In this document: positions 1 through 10,132 of the stretch, in pieces
How the letters are laid out: each line of letters begins with the position of its first letter
Numbering within the stretch: position 1 is the first letter of the stretch
Virus record (IMG/VR): IMGVR_UViG_3300021387_001337
Location: 6,483 to 70,482 of that record
Strand: one strand, 5' to 3'
Source of the DNA: a virus
Taxonomy: Duplodnaviria > Caudoviricetes
Length of the DNA stretch: 64,000 nucleotides
Notes under the pieces: model-generated
What the model was told of the DNA's origin: nothing
Seen by the model: only the letters and a program-made list of their open reading frames with translations
Databases searched by the model: none
Program-made: the position numbers and the translations under genes

Positions 1-1
1 T

Positions 2-3000
2 GAGCAGGGTAAACAAGATACTAAGTCTATCTATAACTCAGCACAGCAAGAAGTAATAGATAACTTAGTACAGCAGGGAATGGCTCAAGATGCTGACTTC
101 TTGGATAAAGTAGTTGATATGGGTAGACTAGAAAAAGGCATTAAGGACTATCACCAACAGTATCAAGCCATTCTCTCAGACCCCAAAGCATATCAGAACT
201 ATGTACAAAGGGCTAAATATAATGCCCAGAGAGACCTTACAAGAAGAAGGGCAGAGAGAATTGCGGGAATTCAAAACTTCCAAGAGTACTCTCAAGAGCT
301 TGATAGACTTACAGCCAATGCTTCTCAGCAGGAGATGAATGAGATTATGTCTGTACTGAGAGAACAGGATAGAAGAAATCAACAGCCTCAGGAAGAAGGA
401 CAAACTCCTACAAAGAGTAACTTCCAGAGGTATATGGAGAACATTCAAAAGCAGGGAGGCCTTATCAGACAGTTTGCTAAGAATCCTAATTTGACAGACA
501 ATGACCAGAGCCTACTGATAGATGCTATGCAGTATCTTAGCAGTAAAGGTATTGATGTTACTGATAGAGAAGCTGCTGTAGAAGCTTTGATAGAAAGAGA
601 TGAACAGGGTAATCAAGGTGGTAAGTTCCGTCAGTTTGTAGAGGCAAAGAATGACCAGAGGCTCCCACAACAGAGAACCTTTATGCCTGTATTTACCAGT
701 ATAGGTCAGGTGGTTAGTCAGTATGTGGACTTGATAAATGGTCAGCAGACAGATGCCATTAATAGAGGTAACTTACAGCCTACTGTTCAGCCTGCTGCTA
801 CTCCTGATACTTCAGGTGCTCCAGCTGCACAGCCTCAGACATCTCCTGTAAGTACTGACTCTTCCCTCCCCACACCTTCTCCTGCTACTCAGCCAGGGCC
901 TGCACCTGCTGGTCCCTCACTATTCAACATAGGTTATAGCAGTGCTGATGGTGGTCAATTTGTGGATGGTGATGGTACTGTAGCTACTGGAGCCCAGACA
1001 CAAAGTATGCAACAGAAACAACAAGAAGGCAGTAAGGAAGAGGAACAGAAATCTAATCTGAGAAAAAACTTTGAAGCAGTTACTACTCCTGAGATTGCTA
1101 AGATGTTAGATGATGCAGCAGGAACTATTAGAAATGGTAATTTCTCAGAAGAAGTTAGAGACCTTGCATGGCAATATTTAATGGAACTTTCCGTTAATAC
1201 TGATAACAACTATCCTACACTGGACGACTTGATGACAGATATTCAGACACAGGTGAACAGGCTAAAGACACAGGCCAATATGCAAGAGGAAGAAGATAAT
1301 AACTTCAGTAAGGCAGCTGGACTTCTACAAGGAGTTTATAATTCTCTAAGTACCAAAAAACTTAGAGGAAGGAGGAGGTCTGCTCCTATGCCTTCAGCTA
1401 GACCTGAGAATCCTAGGGCTGCATGGATACATACTGCTAATATAGCCTATATGGAAAGACAGAATCCAGATGCTTGGGCAGTAAGGTTTACAGATGATTA
1501 TGCTATTGATGAGTGGAACAGAGACCATGTGATAGATAGAAAAGACCCTGTTTACTTTATTACAGACTCTGATTGGACTGCTGAAGTTACCATGCAAATG
1601 AATAATGGTGAGGGTAGAAACTATGATACTTTGACAGACATGCCTGTAGTGGCTGCTGTAAGAGTAGAGGCTCCTCAGAACCCTGCTAATACTACAGCTA
1701 TTGAAGTTGATGGTCTATGGTATCAACCTATAGGAATTATGCCTAGTAGTAAGGCTAAGAGTGTGAGTGGTGCTGCTTTAACAGAGGAAATCAGAAAAGT
1801 AGCCTCTAAGGAGCAAGGCAGACATTTAATCACTGCCAATGGGATGCCTAATGGTCAGCCCCTGATTACCCATGTGTATGGTGTAAACTATCTGACAGCT
1901 CATCATCCTGATGCAAGTAATCCAGCACAAAGGGAAAATAATGAAGAGAATAATTCTGATATAATAGATGCAGTACTAAGAAGTCTTCCCAAAGCTTCTG
2001 AGGATAGGCTGAGAGCAATGTCTAAACAGGAGATGTTGGCTGATCCAGAGTATCAAGAAGCAAGAAGTAAGTTCTTAGATGGTTTGCAATGGAACGGTGA
2101 AGGAAGTGGTACTTATGAAAATCAGCTTACCTTTACTCCAGAGAACTATCGTCAAGGAGAGACTGGTAATCCTATGATAGTATTTACCAGACCTATGGCA
2201 GAAACTACTAGTAGAAATGGTGAGGAGACATTGCCTGAGGTACTAGCTAATGAGCCTCTTGACCAAGTAGTAGGCTTTAATAGTAGGACTGAAAGACTTT
2301 TCAATGAGATTATTAGACCTCTGTTCCAGTATCTTCCTATGAAGGACAGGAATGGTGACAAGAGTGCTAAATTAATTACTCAAACGGATGTAGATGCTAA
2401 TCCAAATGCTTTCCAAGAGGAATGTGACAGACTCACTAAGATGCTTAATGGTTTTGATGGTTCTAACAGTTCGAGAGGACTGAGAGGAGTCAGTGACTTC
2501 CTTTATATTAATCCAAAGAGTGGTTGGAGTATTAAGGTAACTGCACCTGAAGGATTACAGACTATTGGTACTGATGTTACAAATTCAGAAAGTGTCTATA
2601 AGATATTCTATGTAAATAATGATCCTGAAATAGCTCCTATTGAGATTGGCACTATCACTATGAATGCTGATAGTAGCAATAGTCCTGCTAATAACATAGC
2701 AGCTATGGGACTTCTAAAGAATATCATGTGGGACGGTCAGCAAGTAAGGGACTTCTTAAACTGGCAAGTACCTAAGACTGATGCTCAAAACTTGAAGAAT
2801 CCTGATAAGTCGAGGAGTAGTCAAGCAAGAAGGAATTATGCTTCTATAGTTGATGATGATATATTAACTCTGGCAGGCAGTTCTATAGTATATGATGTTG
2901 ATGGTGTAAAACTTAATGCTCCTATAACTGTAGATGGTCAGGGACACACAAGAATAGTATTTCCTCAGGATACTGTGGTCAATGCTGACAATGCTCAGCC

Positions 3001-4558
3001 AGCTACTCCACAGAATTTGACTCCACAAGGAGATGGGGCTATAGTAGCAGGAGATGGTAATCAGGTACTTGAAGACTCAGGTGCTAATTTAGGAGGTAAC
3101 AATAATGGCTCCCTCCCCCCAACTCCTCCTCGCAGGAATCCTAACCTTGAAAGAGCAGAGGCTACTACCAGAAGGATTGTGGAGGATAGCAAGGAATTCC
3201 AGCTGTCAGAGGATGAGACCTATTATTATATCATAGACAAGAACACTGGTAAGGAAGTTAAATACCTCCGTGTAACTACAGTGATTGGTGCTGATGAGAG
3301 TGTGCCTCAGTGGACACCTACCATTGATGAAATCTTGAATAAGCTGAAGGAAAGACACTCTATCAGTAATGATGCATACTCAGAGAGTTACAAGGATAGT
3401 CAGGAGATGAGTAGGAAACTAAATATTCCTATTGCAGAGATTCGCAGAGCTATAGCAGAACTTAGAACTGCTCATAATAAGGAGAAGTATGGTGCTTGGG
3501 CCACACCTTCTACCTCTATTGGTAATAGCTTTGATACTATCACCCGTGACTTCTTGGCAGGACACTTGAAAGCAGAGTATCCCAATGTGTCACAGGATGT
3601 ATTGAATGTCTTTGTACAGCAGCTGACTCTGTTTAAGAATGATTTAGACTCAAGAGGTATTCATATAGTCTCTGAAGGAGTAATGGCACATGGCACTATT
3701 ACTATGACAGATGATGATGAGAATACCCATGATGTAAAGGTTGCAGGTACTCTTGATTTGTTTGGTTATGATGATAATGGTAACTTCTATATCTTTGATA
3801 TGAAAACTACCAGAAAGCATACAGACCAGAAATTACAGGACGAAAAGGCTAAGTGGTCAAGACAGATAAGTATGTATGCTGACCTGCTTAAGCAGACTTA
3901 TGGCATTGATATAACTCCAAACCATCTGAGAATTATTCCTATCAATGTTAATTTCCCAACTCCTATGGGCAAGAGAGAGGAGTATCTTGATCCAACAGGT
4001 CCTGCATACTCAGAGACTGCTGAAGGACAGTTACAGATGACTTATAGAGGCCATGAGCCTGAGGACTTCAAGATGACTATGCCTCAGAACCCTAAGGAGA
4101 ACAATGGTGATAATGCTGTAGGTATGAGGAAGACTGCCTATAAAGAGCAGTTCCAGCCTGGTTATACAAGGTTTAATATCAACTGGGATAATCTTAGTAG
4201 TGAAGACCAAGATATTGCTTCAGCCCTAACTACACAGACAGGAGGTACAGGAGAAACTTCTGGCAGTGCTCCTTCATCAGCACATATAGAAACGCCTCAG
4301 AGAAGAAGTCCTAGCTTTATGGATATGGGTAATCTAGGTTTTGAGGAGCATCAGGAAGCAGGTCCTACAGCAGCTCCTATAGTTCCTAATGGCCAATCAG
4401 AGGTATTACCCCAATGGCGCAGACTTAGTGCAGCAGTCAAGGGGTTCCTGACAGACAACTATGGTATTGAGAGTGTTGAGGAGTATAATGATATGCTCAA
4501 TGACCCAGCCCTATCAGAAGCAGTAGTCCATGATTTAAAGTGTCATGGATTGATATAA
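2..4558 (+). CDS. Giant virion (cargo/ejection-type) protein, 5'-truncated by the window edge, with a PD-(D/E)XK nuclease-like domain near the C-terminus
   Basis: Frame is open from nt 2 (EQGKQDTK...) through the track ORF 80-4558. Motif AGTLDLFGYDDNGNFYIFDMKT...RQISMYADLL at about 3740-3890. Size and P/Q/A-rich linkers fit crAss-like large virion proteins. Confidence 0.7.
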   Translation, partial: EQGKQDTKSIYNSAQQEVIDNLVQQGMAQDADFLDKVVDMGRLEKGIKDYHQQYQAILSDPKAYQNYVQRAKYNAQRDLTRRRAERIAGIQNFQEYSQELDRLTANASQQEMNEIMSVLREQDRRNQQPQEEGQTPTKSNFQRYMENIQKQGGLIRQFAKNPNLTDNDQSLLIDAMQYLSSKGIDVTDREAAVEALIERDEQGNQGGKFRQFVEAKNDQRLPQQRTFMPVFTSIGQVVSQYVDLINGQQTDAINRGNLQPTVQPAATPDTSGAPAAQPQTSPVSTDSSLPTPSPATQPGPAPAGPSLFNIGYSSADGGQFVDGDGTVATGAQTQSMQQKQQEGSKEEEQKSNLRKNFEAVTTPEIAKMLDDAAGTIRNGNFSEEVRDLAWQYLMELSVNTDNNYPTLDDLMTDIQTQVNRLKTQANMQEEEDNNFSKAAGLLQGVYNSLSTKKLRGRRRSAPMPSARPENPRAAWIHTANIAYMERQNPDAWAVRFTDDYAIDEWNRDHVIDRKDPVYFITDSDWTAEVTMQMNNGEGRNYDTLTDMPVVAAVRVEAPQNPANTTAIEVDGLWYQPIGIMPSSKAKSVSGAALTEEIRKVASKEQGRHLITANGMPNGQPLITHVYGVNYLTAHHPDASNPAQRENNEENNSDIIDAVLRSLPKASEDRLRAMSKQEMLADPEYQEARSKFLDGLQWNGEGSGTYENQLTFTPENYRQGETGNPMIVFTRPMAETTSRNGEETLPEVLANEPLDQVVGFNSRTERLFNEIIRPLFQYLPMKDRNGDKSAKLITQTDVDANPNAFQEECDRLTKMLNGFDGSNSSRGLRGVSDFLYINPKSGWSIKVTAPEGLQTIGTDVTNSESVYKIFYVNNDPEIAPIEIGTITMNADSSNSPANNIAAMGLLKNIMWDGQQVRDFLNWQVPKTDAQNLKNPDKSRSSQARRNYASIVDDDILTLAGSSIVYDVDGVKLNAPITVDGQGHTRIVFPQDTVVNADNAQPATPQNLTPQGDGAIVAGDGNQVLEDSGANLGGNNNGSLPPTPPRRNPNLERAEATTRRIVEDSKEFQLSEDETYYYIIDKNTGKEVKYLRVTTVIGADESVPQWTPTIDEILNKLKERHSISNDAYSESYKDSQEMSRKLNIPIAEIRRAIAELRTAHNKEKYGAWATPSTSIGNSFDTITRDFLAGHLKAEYPNVSQDVLNVFVQQLTLFKNDLDSRGIHIVSEGVMAHGTITMTDDDENTHDVKVAGTLDLFGYDDNGNFYIFDMKTTRKHTDQKLQDEKAKWSRQISMYADLLKQTYGIDITPNHLRIIPINVNFPTPMGKREEYLDPTGPAYSETAEGQLQMTYRGHEPEDFKMTMPQNPKENNGDNAVGMRKTAYKEQFQPGYTRFNINWDNLSSEDQDIASALTTQTGGTGETSGSAPSSAHIETPQRRSPSFMDMGNLGFEEHQEAGPTAAPIVPNGQSEVLPQWRRLSAAVKGFLTDNYGIESVEEYNDMLNDPALSEAVVHDLKCHGLI

Positions 4559-4575
4559 AATCTATAAGAAAAAAG

Positions 4576-4600
4576 AAAAGGAGGTTTCGGCCTCCTTTTT
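4576..4600. terminator. Bidirectional intrinsic terminator between convergent genes
   Basis: AAAAGGAGGT-TTCG-GCCTCCTTTTT hairpin with A-run before and T-run after. Confidence 0.85.
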
Positions 4601-4658
4601 ATTTTTTCCTACTTGCATTTATTTAACACCTTTTGACTGCTCTTAGAGGGAGATAAAG

Positions 4659-4787
4659 TTATCCTACTAATTCTGGACTGTCTATCACTGGATGGCTTCC
4701 AGCCCACCAACCACATATATACAATACTGTAATTAATATGGCTATAATTAATACAAGCCAAAACCAAAAAGTTTTATTGATTTTCAT
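4659..4787 (-). CDS. 42 aa single-pass membrane peptide (not in the ORF track)
   Basis: Translated by hand: MKINKTFWFWLVLIIAILITVLYICGWWAGSHPVIDSPELVG. Its ATG overlaps the TGA of the upstream gene (ATGA coupling). Confidence 0.6.
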   Translation of the reverse strand: MKINKTFWFWLVLIIAILITVLYICGWWAGSHPVIDSPELVG

Positions 4788-6850
4788 TTCTTCTTTTTAT
4801 TTGGTGTTACCACAATCTCAGGAAGGAATACTTCCCTTGGATAATTGTATCTATAAAAAAGATTCTGTGTGTGACCATCACTATTTGCAGTGTAGATAGA
4901 TAAAGGCACATTTCGTTGTATAAAAGAATTATCGTGCCCTCCTCTGCTATAAGTTATTAGGGGCTCACCTTTTTTAATAGGGTATTTTTTCCCTTTGAAA
5001 GTAGCCGTTCTATCTTGACCAGCAAAGCCTGTTACCATCATTGTATGATAACTGTCCTTATTGGGCACTTTAGAAATGATTAAATTACCAGGAACTACAT
5101 CAGCAGAATCTATAGCTGTATAATTGAATCTTTCAGGATTGGTATGAATAGATTTTGCCCCCTTTACTGGAGTTTGAGGATCTACCCACTGAGTAGCAGA
5201 CAATGTGCAGTTAGAGACCCCAGAAGGAAAATCTTCATATATGTTATCTTTTATCCATCTGAGACTATTTCTAAACAGAGTATTTCCAAGACTTAAAGGC
5301 TCATCTTTAGCTTCATTATAATTAGAATATACCTGATTGGTTCTATGTAGTGCTGCATCTTCCCAATCATATTCTTTTTTACTAATAGGAGAAAATATAG
5401 GAGTTCTTGCAACATAAGTGGCATCAGGTATGGCAATATTCATCTGCTGACTATCCTCAGAAGTACCATCAAACAGATTACCTCCAAAAGCTTTCTTGTA
5501 CTTATTTACCACTCTATGATTGATGGTATAATTAGAAATTACCTGTCCTGGTTTAGAACCTTTTGGAGCCAGTTTAAATGACGGCAAATGGTGAACATCT
5601 GTATAAGACATTTTGGATTTCATCTGTTCTCCATGTTTCTCAGCTTCCCTACGAAGCTTGACAGTATTGTCCCAATAGTCTATAACTAATTCATCATCAT
5701 AGTCTTTTTTCTTTTCTTGAGCATAATTAAAATCATCAAATATCCCCTGACCAGTAACAGCTCCTTGCAAGAACTTGATAGCCTTTCCTGCCTTAGAGAC
5801 TACAGGCAATGCTCCTAGGGACTCCATTACAGCATTATAGGCATTATTGAAAGATGGATTGCTATCATATTGGCTAATAGCTTCCTTGGCATCTCCATAG
5901 CCAGATACACCTGTTGGATCAAGAGCTTTTCCTATAGTGTAGAATAAAGGAGACTGTGCTGCAACCTCATCCCATGTGCTGAGATTAGTTACTTCTTCTC
6001 TTCCATCCCCCTTAGGTCCTCCTGTTAAAAATAAATTACCTCCAAGTCCATGTTTCCAGTGTCTAGAGTTCAAAGCAAAGATAGCCATCTTCTTCTGAGC
6101 AGGAGTACCATGTTCTTTAAACCAAGTGGCAGAATGTCCTGTTCTCTCTTTTAAAGCAGTGAACTTTCCTCTGTTCTCTGGCTTAATATGAATACTGCCA
6201 CCCTCTGCTTTCTTTTTGGGCTGATATTTATAGTAGTTAGGCCTGTTAGGATCATTCATTAATGTGTAGTCTTTCCTAAACTCTAACCATTCCTTCTTTT
6301 CTTCAGGAGTCATATGCCTCTGTTTTCCGCCTTCTTCAGTAACCAATCCTTTATTAAACCAATCAAGTTCATAGCCGACTGTATCATGAGTTTTAGGCTT
6401 CATAAAGTAACCAATACCATCCTTCCCAAAAGCAATACTGTTAGCATGATAGCTTTTATCGGAATTATCATAATGAAACATTCCTTTACTATATGCCTCA
6501 TCAAAGTTCTTAGGTTTTCCGTTTAGTTTCCAATAGAAGTAGGAATCATACTTGTCATTAGGAGTAAACCTTTGATTATCTGGAAGAGTATTTAGATACT
6601 GATTATATTCAGAGTCTGGTGTGATTATAACCTCTCTTCTTTGAGTGAAGGGTACTATAGTATTCACTTCCTCTTTCTCCCTCTTACTTCCTCCCTCAGC
6701 AAACTCATTGTACTTATCTTTTATGTCTTGAAGAGTAGTAATACCATGACGTACTGCTATCTTCATCATTTCAGCCTTTGCTGCAAGGGAAAGATTATCC
6801 CATGCAGTCTTAGGAACTGGTGTATATGTATAACCTTTATACTGCTGCAT
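4784..6850 (-). CDS. Modular virion-associated protein with AxGG linkers and a C-terminal NlpC/P60 (CHAP)-like peptidase domain
   Basis: Likely start is ATG 6850; the track's TTG at 6871 lies inside the promoter. SNCTLSATQW...PGNLIISK...YHTMMVTG gives a Cys/His pair. Repeated FAEGG, KAEGG, HGLGG and KAFGG motifs. Confidence 0.6.
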   Translation of the reverse strand: MQQYKGYTYTPVPKTAWDNLSLAAKAEMMKIAVRHGITTLQDIKDKYNEFAEGGSKREKEEVNTIVPFTQRREVIITPDSEYNQYLNTLPDNQRFTPNDKYDSYFYWKLNGKPKNFDEAYSKGMFHYDNSDKSYHANSIAFGKDGIGYFMKPKTHDTVGYELDWFNKGLVTEEGGKQRHMTPEEKKEWLEFRKDYTLMNDPNRPNYYKYQPKKKAEGGSIHIKPENRGKFTALKERTGHSATWFKEHGTPAQKKMAIFALNSRHWKHGLGGNLFLTGGPKGDGREEVTNLSTWDEVAAQSPLFYTIGKALDPTGVSGYGDAKEAISQYDSNPSFNNAYNAVMESLGALPVVSKAGKAIKFLQGAVTGQGIFDDFNYAQEKKKDYDDELVIDYWDNTVKLRREAEKHGEQMKSKMSYTDVHHLPSFKLAPKGSKPGQVISNYTINHRVVNKYKKAFGGNLFDGTSEDSQQMNIAIPDATYVARTPIFSPISKKEYDWEDAALHRTNQVYSNYNEAKDEPLSLGNTLFRNSLRWIKDNIYEDFPSGVSNCTLSATQWVDPQTPVKGAKSIHTNPERFNYTAIDSADVVPGNLIISKVPNKDSYHTMMVTGFAGQDRTATFKGKKYPIKKGEPLITYSRGGHDNSFIQRNVPLSIYTANSDGHTQNLFYRYNYPREVFLPEIVVTPNKKKK

Positions 6851-6868
6851 ACTACTATATTTTGTTTG

Positions 6869-6900
6869 CAAAGGTAAATAAAATATAAGACAGTACCAAA
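6869..6900 (-). promoter_or_regulatory. Bacteroidota sigma-A-type promoter
   Basis: TTTG (6897-6900), 20 nt spacer, TACCTTTG (6869-6876); matches the Bacteroides TTTG/TAnnTTTG consensus. Confidence 0.75.
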
Positions 6901-6981
6901 CACTAAGTATTTTTATTAACCATCCTTTATAAATATAATTAGGACTTTACTTAGCAGTGGGAATATTATACATAATAGACG

Positions 6982-6989
6982 TACCTTTG
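6982..6989 (+). promoter_or_regulatory. Putative -7 promoter element for the lysis genes (divergent from the 6869-6900 promoter)
   Basis: TACCTTTG upstream of 7072; no clear -33 TTTG. Confidence 0.5.
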
Positions 6990-7071
6990 TACAAAAGAAA
7001 GGAAGCAATGAATAAAGTATTAACAAGATACTCAACTAAGTGCCTGTTTGAATGTTTAAAAATGAAGTAAT

Positions 7072-7404
7072 ATGGCATCAGAAATTATTATCACGTTGGT
7101 AGGACTGTTCTGTACAACAGTGTCCAGCATTGTAACATTTATCCTTACTAGGAGGAAGTATAATACTGAGGTAGATTCTCAGCAGATAGAAAACATGGAA
7201 AAGTCTTTTGACGCATATAAAAAAATGATGGAAGAAACTCTTGATGCTCAAAAAAGGCTGATGGAGACTACTGTCAGTGGGCTTAATAACAAGATAGATA
7301 CATTGGAAAAAGAGAATGCCTTCCTCCGTCAACAGGTTGATAATCTTAGAACCCAGATGATTCAATTCCTTGGTGTCAAGTTCAATGGAGATAAACATGA
7401 ATAA
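7072..7404 (+). CDS. Putative holin (N-terminal TM helix plus coiled coil)
   Basis: Hydrophobic IIITLVGLFCTTVSSIVTFIL followed by heptad-rich sequence; overlaps the amidase gene. Confidence 0.6.
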   Translation: MASEIIITLVGLFCTTVSSIVTFILTRRKYNTEVDSQQIENMEKSFDAYKKMMEETLDAQKRLMETTVSGLNNKIDTLEKENAFLRQQVDNLRTQMIQFLGVKFNGDKHE

Positions 7405-8050
7405 GCAAGATTATATAATCATCCTTGGTACTGCTCATAGAATGAGAGAGCCAGGAAAAGAGTCTCCTGATAAAAGGCTGAAAGAATGTGTTTACTCTAG
7501 AGAGATTTGCTCTGAAGTAGCAGCAAAACTAAGAGCCTATGGCCTAAAAGTTGAAATAGACTATGAACCTTTGGACTTACCAAAGACTATGCAGTCATCA
7601 ATAGTCAAACAAGAAAGAAACAATGAGTTAGCTATGAGGGTTAACTTTGTAAATGAGATATGTAGGCAGAAAGGCACCAAGAATGTTCTGTATGTTTCTA
7701 TACATGTTAATGCAGCTGGTGCAGATGGGGCATGGCATACTGGTACTGGATGGGAGGCTCTGACATCTACAGGAAAAACTAAATCAGATACTTTAGCTGC
7801 TTGCCTCTATGATGCAGCTAAGAAGAATTTAATAGGTATTAAAATCAGGGAAGATTATTCTGATGGAGATCCTGATAAAGAGGCTAATCTTTATGTTCTT
7901 AACAATACAAAATGTCCTGCTGTTCTAACAGAAAATCTATTTCAGGATAATAAAAAAGATGTGGATTATTTGTTGTCAGATATAGGTAGACACGCTATAG
8001 CAAGATTACATGTAGAAGGAATACTAAGATATATAGAGATAATGAGTTAA
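7397..8050 (+). CDS. Endolysin, N-acetylmuramoyl-L-alanine amidase (Amidase_3)
   Basis: Zn-ligand motifs GTAH...E, VSIHVNA and VLTENLFQDN; start taken as ATG 7397 (MNKQDY). Confidence 0.9.
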   Translation: MNKQDYIIILGTAHRMREPGKESPDKRLKECVYSREICSEVAAKLRAYGLKVEIDYEPLDLPKTMQSSIVKQERNNELAMRVNFVNEICRQKGTKNVLYVSIHVNAAGADGAWHTGTGWEALTSTGKTKSDTLAACLYDAAKKNLIGIKIREDYSDGDPDKEANLYVLNNTKCPAVLTENLFQDNKKDVDYLLSDIGRHAIARLHVEGILRYIEIMS

Positions 8051-8088
8051 CTATTTTTTCTTTACGTATATTTGTTTTAGGATGTAAG

Positions 8089-8120
8089 AAAGAGGGAAGC
8101 TGAGAAGCCTTCCTCTTTTT
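8089..8120 (+). terminator. Intrinsic terminator after the endolysin
   Basis: AAAGAGGGAAGC-TGAGAA-GCCTTCCTCTTTTT. Confidence 0.75.
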
Positions 8121-8166
8121 GTTTGACTACTAACTACCTAACAATAAGGACATTTTGTCCACTATC

Positions 8167-8205
8167 GGCATTGTTTGAAATGCCTCTTAATAGTTTCTAA
8201 CTTTG
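8167..8205 (+). promoter_or_regulatory. Bacteroidota promoter with extended upstream motif
   Basis: TTTG 8174-8177, 20 nt spacer, TAACTTTG 8198-8205; GGCATTGTTT shared with 14957. Confidence 0.75.
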
Positions 8206-8264
8206 CACCATCACTAGTGATATAAATTGTTTTATTGTTTAATTGATTAAAAAGATTAGAAACT

Positions 8265-9248
8265 ATGGCACAAAATGATGGTGTTTATGTTTTTCCAGAT
8301 GCTGTAAGTAAAGCATCAGGTATTGATCCTGGCCTGCTGGCACTGCTGAACCAGAATGGTGGCTTTGGTGGTAATGGCAACTGGATTTGGATTCTCTTCC
8401 TCTGGATGATGTGGGGAGGTAATGGTTTTGGTAATGGCATGAATGGTGGTACTGGTTTTATTTCTAATCAGCTCAACAACAATCAGGGTAGAGACCTGCT
8501 GCTTCAGGCACTGAATGGTAGAGCCGATGCTCTTGGACAAATTGCCCAGATTACCAATACTGGTGTTGAGACTGTGAAGAATGGTATCTTTGCTCTTCAG
8601 AATGCAATTAATCAGGTAGGTTCTCAGGTTGGTATGAGTGGTCTTCAGACTATCAATGCCCTCCAGCTTGGTAATGCTAACCTGAGTCAGCAACTCTGTG
8701 AGTGCTGCTGCAACATGAGGTATGACTTGGCTACTCAGACCAATACTCTTCAGGCTCAGGCTGCACAGAATTATGCTAACTCTCAGTTGCAGAGTGCTCA
8801 GAACCATGCTGCTACTCAGCTTCAGATGGCTCAGATTGAGAGTGCAGACCAGCTGGCAGTATGTCAGCAGACTAATGCACTGACTTCTCAGGCTGCTAAT
8901 AACACCAATAGTATCTTGAGTGCTATTCAGTCTCAGAATGCCATGATTACTGATCAGTTCTGTCAGCTGAAGGAGCGTGAGTTGCAGAATAAGATTGATA
9001 CTCAGGGTGAAATCATTACTCAGCTGAGGAATCAGATTAGCAATGACCATCAGACCCTCCAGTTCAATAGTGCATTCCATGCCCTGGATGACAAGATTGA
9101 TGCTATTGCTGCTAAGCAGCCTAACACTGTTCCTGTTCAGTGGCCTAATCTGACAGCTGTAAATACTACTCCATACATAGGTCAGGGTTACTACCCTTGG
9201 GGTAGTAATGGCTTCAATGGCTGGGGTAATGGTGGTATAGTACTGTAA
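8265..9248 (+). CDS. Hypothetical protein: Gly/Trp-rich hydrophobic N-terminal segment, Q/N-rich coiled coil, CECCC motif
   Basis: GGFGGNGNWIWILFLWMMWGG and QQLCECCC; first gene after the 8167-8205 promoter. Confidence 0.75.
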   Translation: MAQNDGVYVFPDAVSKASGIDPGLLALLNQNGGFGGNGNWIWILFLWMMWGGNGFGNGMNGGTGFISNQLNNNQGRDLLLQALNGRADALGQIAQITNTGVETVKNGIFALQNAINQVGSQVGMSGLQTINALQLGNANLSQQLCECCCNMRYDLATQTNTLQAQAAQNYANSQLQSAQNHAATQLQMAQIESADQLAVCQQTNALTSQAANNTNSILSAIQSQNAMITDQFCQLKERELQNKIDTQGEIITQLRNQISNDHQTLQFNSAFHALDDKIDAIAAKQPNTVPVQWPNLTAVNTTPYIGQGYYPWGSNGFNGWGNGGIVL

Positions 9249-9272
9249 TTAAGGGAAATAGGAGGTAAAAGT

Positions 9273-9608
9273 ATGAATTGCATAAATATTATAGCAACCA
9301 ATGCAGGAGGTATTCCCCGTATTGTTTCAACCAATACTACAGTAGGCACTGAGAGTGTTAACATTGCCTTAGGTTTCAGAGGTATTAAGCCAGCAGGTTA
9401 TCTGACTATTATAATTGATACAGTTATTCCTGCTGATACTACTGCAACCCTGCCTGTCACATTTACACTGAATGACATTACAAGAGCTCTTACTTTACCT
9501 GATGGTACACCCATCACAGCAGCAGAACTGTTAAATGTTAGTGTTATTACGGTGTATAATGACAGAACCAGAGGCCTGCTAACTCTCATGTCAAGAACAA
9601 CCGTTTAG
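9273..9608 (+). CDS. Hypothetical beta-rich protein
   Basis: ORF with upstream GGAGG, co-oriented in the operon. Confidence 0.7.
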   Translation: MNCINIIATNAGGIPRIVSTNTTVGTESVNIALGFRGIKPAGYLTIIIDTVIPADTTATLPVTFTLNDITRALTLPDGTPITAAELLNVSVITVYNDRTRGLLTLMSRTTV

Positions 9609-9633
9609 TATTAATTTTCAAAAGTAATTAACT

Positions 9634-10128
9634 ATGTTTTCCAATTTAAGTAAAGGCAGTGTCCTGTATGGTCTTGACAGGAAGAATGGCAATAAAGTGT
9701 TTACTGCCACAGTAGAGAATATATCACTTCCAAGGCCTAGATTCAACCAAAATACATTTGGTCAGATACCAGAAATGGTGGTGGATATAGCAGCTAATAT
9801 AGGAGGTGAAAGAAAGGAGTTTCAGCAAGTTCCAAACAACAATGTTATTGCTGATTTTGGGCCTAACTCCTTGGTAATCTCTGATAGTAAGGATTCACTG
9901 ATTAATCACATTAAAGCTCTTAGGCAAGAGAGTAAAAGTGTTATAGACAGTGCTCCTATGCATCAGGAGTGGCTTCCTCAGTATGATGCTGCTCTCAGTG
10001 AGCTTGATCCTGCAACAGCCAATGACAATGCTGTAAAGGAACTAAACAATAAAGTCAATAACCTGGAAGGCCAGATTGCAGAGATGCTGTCTTTGCTTAA
10101 GGCTGGAAACAACAAACCAACAGTTTAA
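9634..10128 (+). CDS. Hypothetical protein with C-terminal coiled coil
   Basis: ORF in operon with AT-rich leader. Confidence 0.75.
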   Translation: MFSNLSKGSVLYGLDRKNGNKVFTATVENISLPRPRFNQNTFGQIPEMVVDIAANIGGERKEFQQVPNNNVIADFGPNSLVISDSKDSLINHIKALRQESKSVIDSAPMHQEWLPQYDAALSELDPATANDNAVKELNNKVNNLEGQIAEMLSLLKAGNNKPTV

Positions 10129-10132
10129 GATT

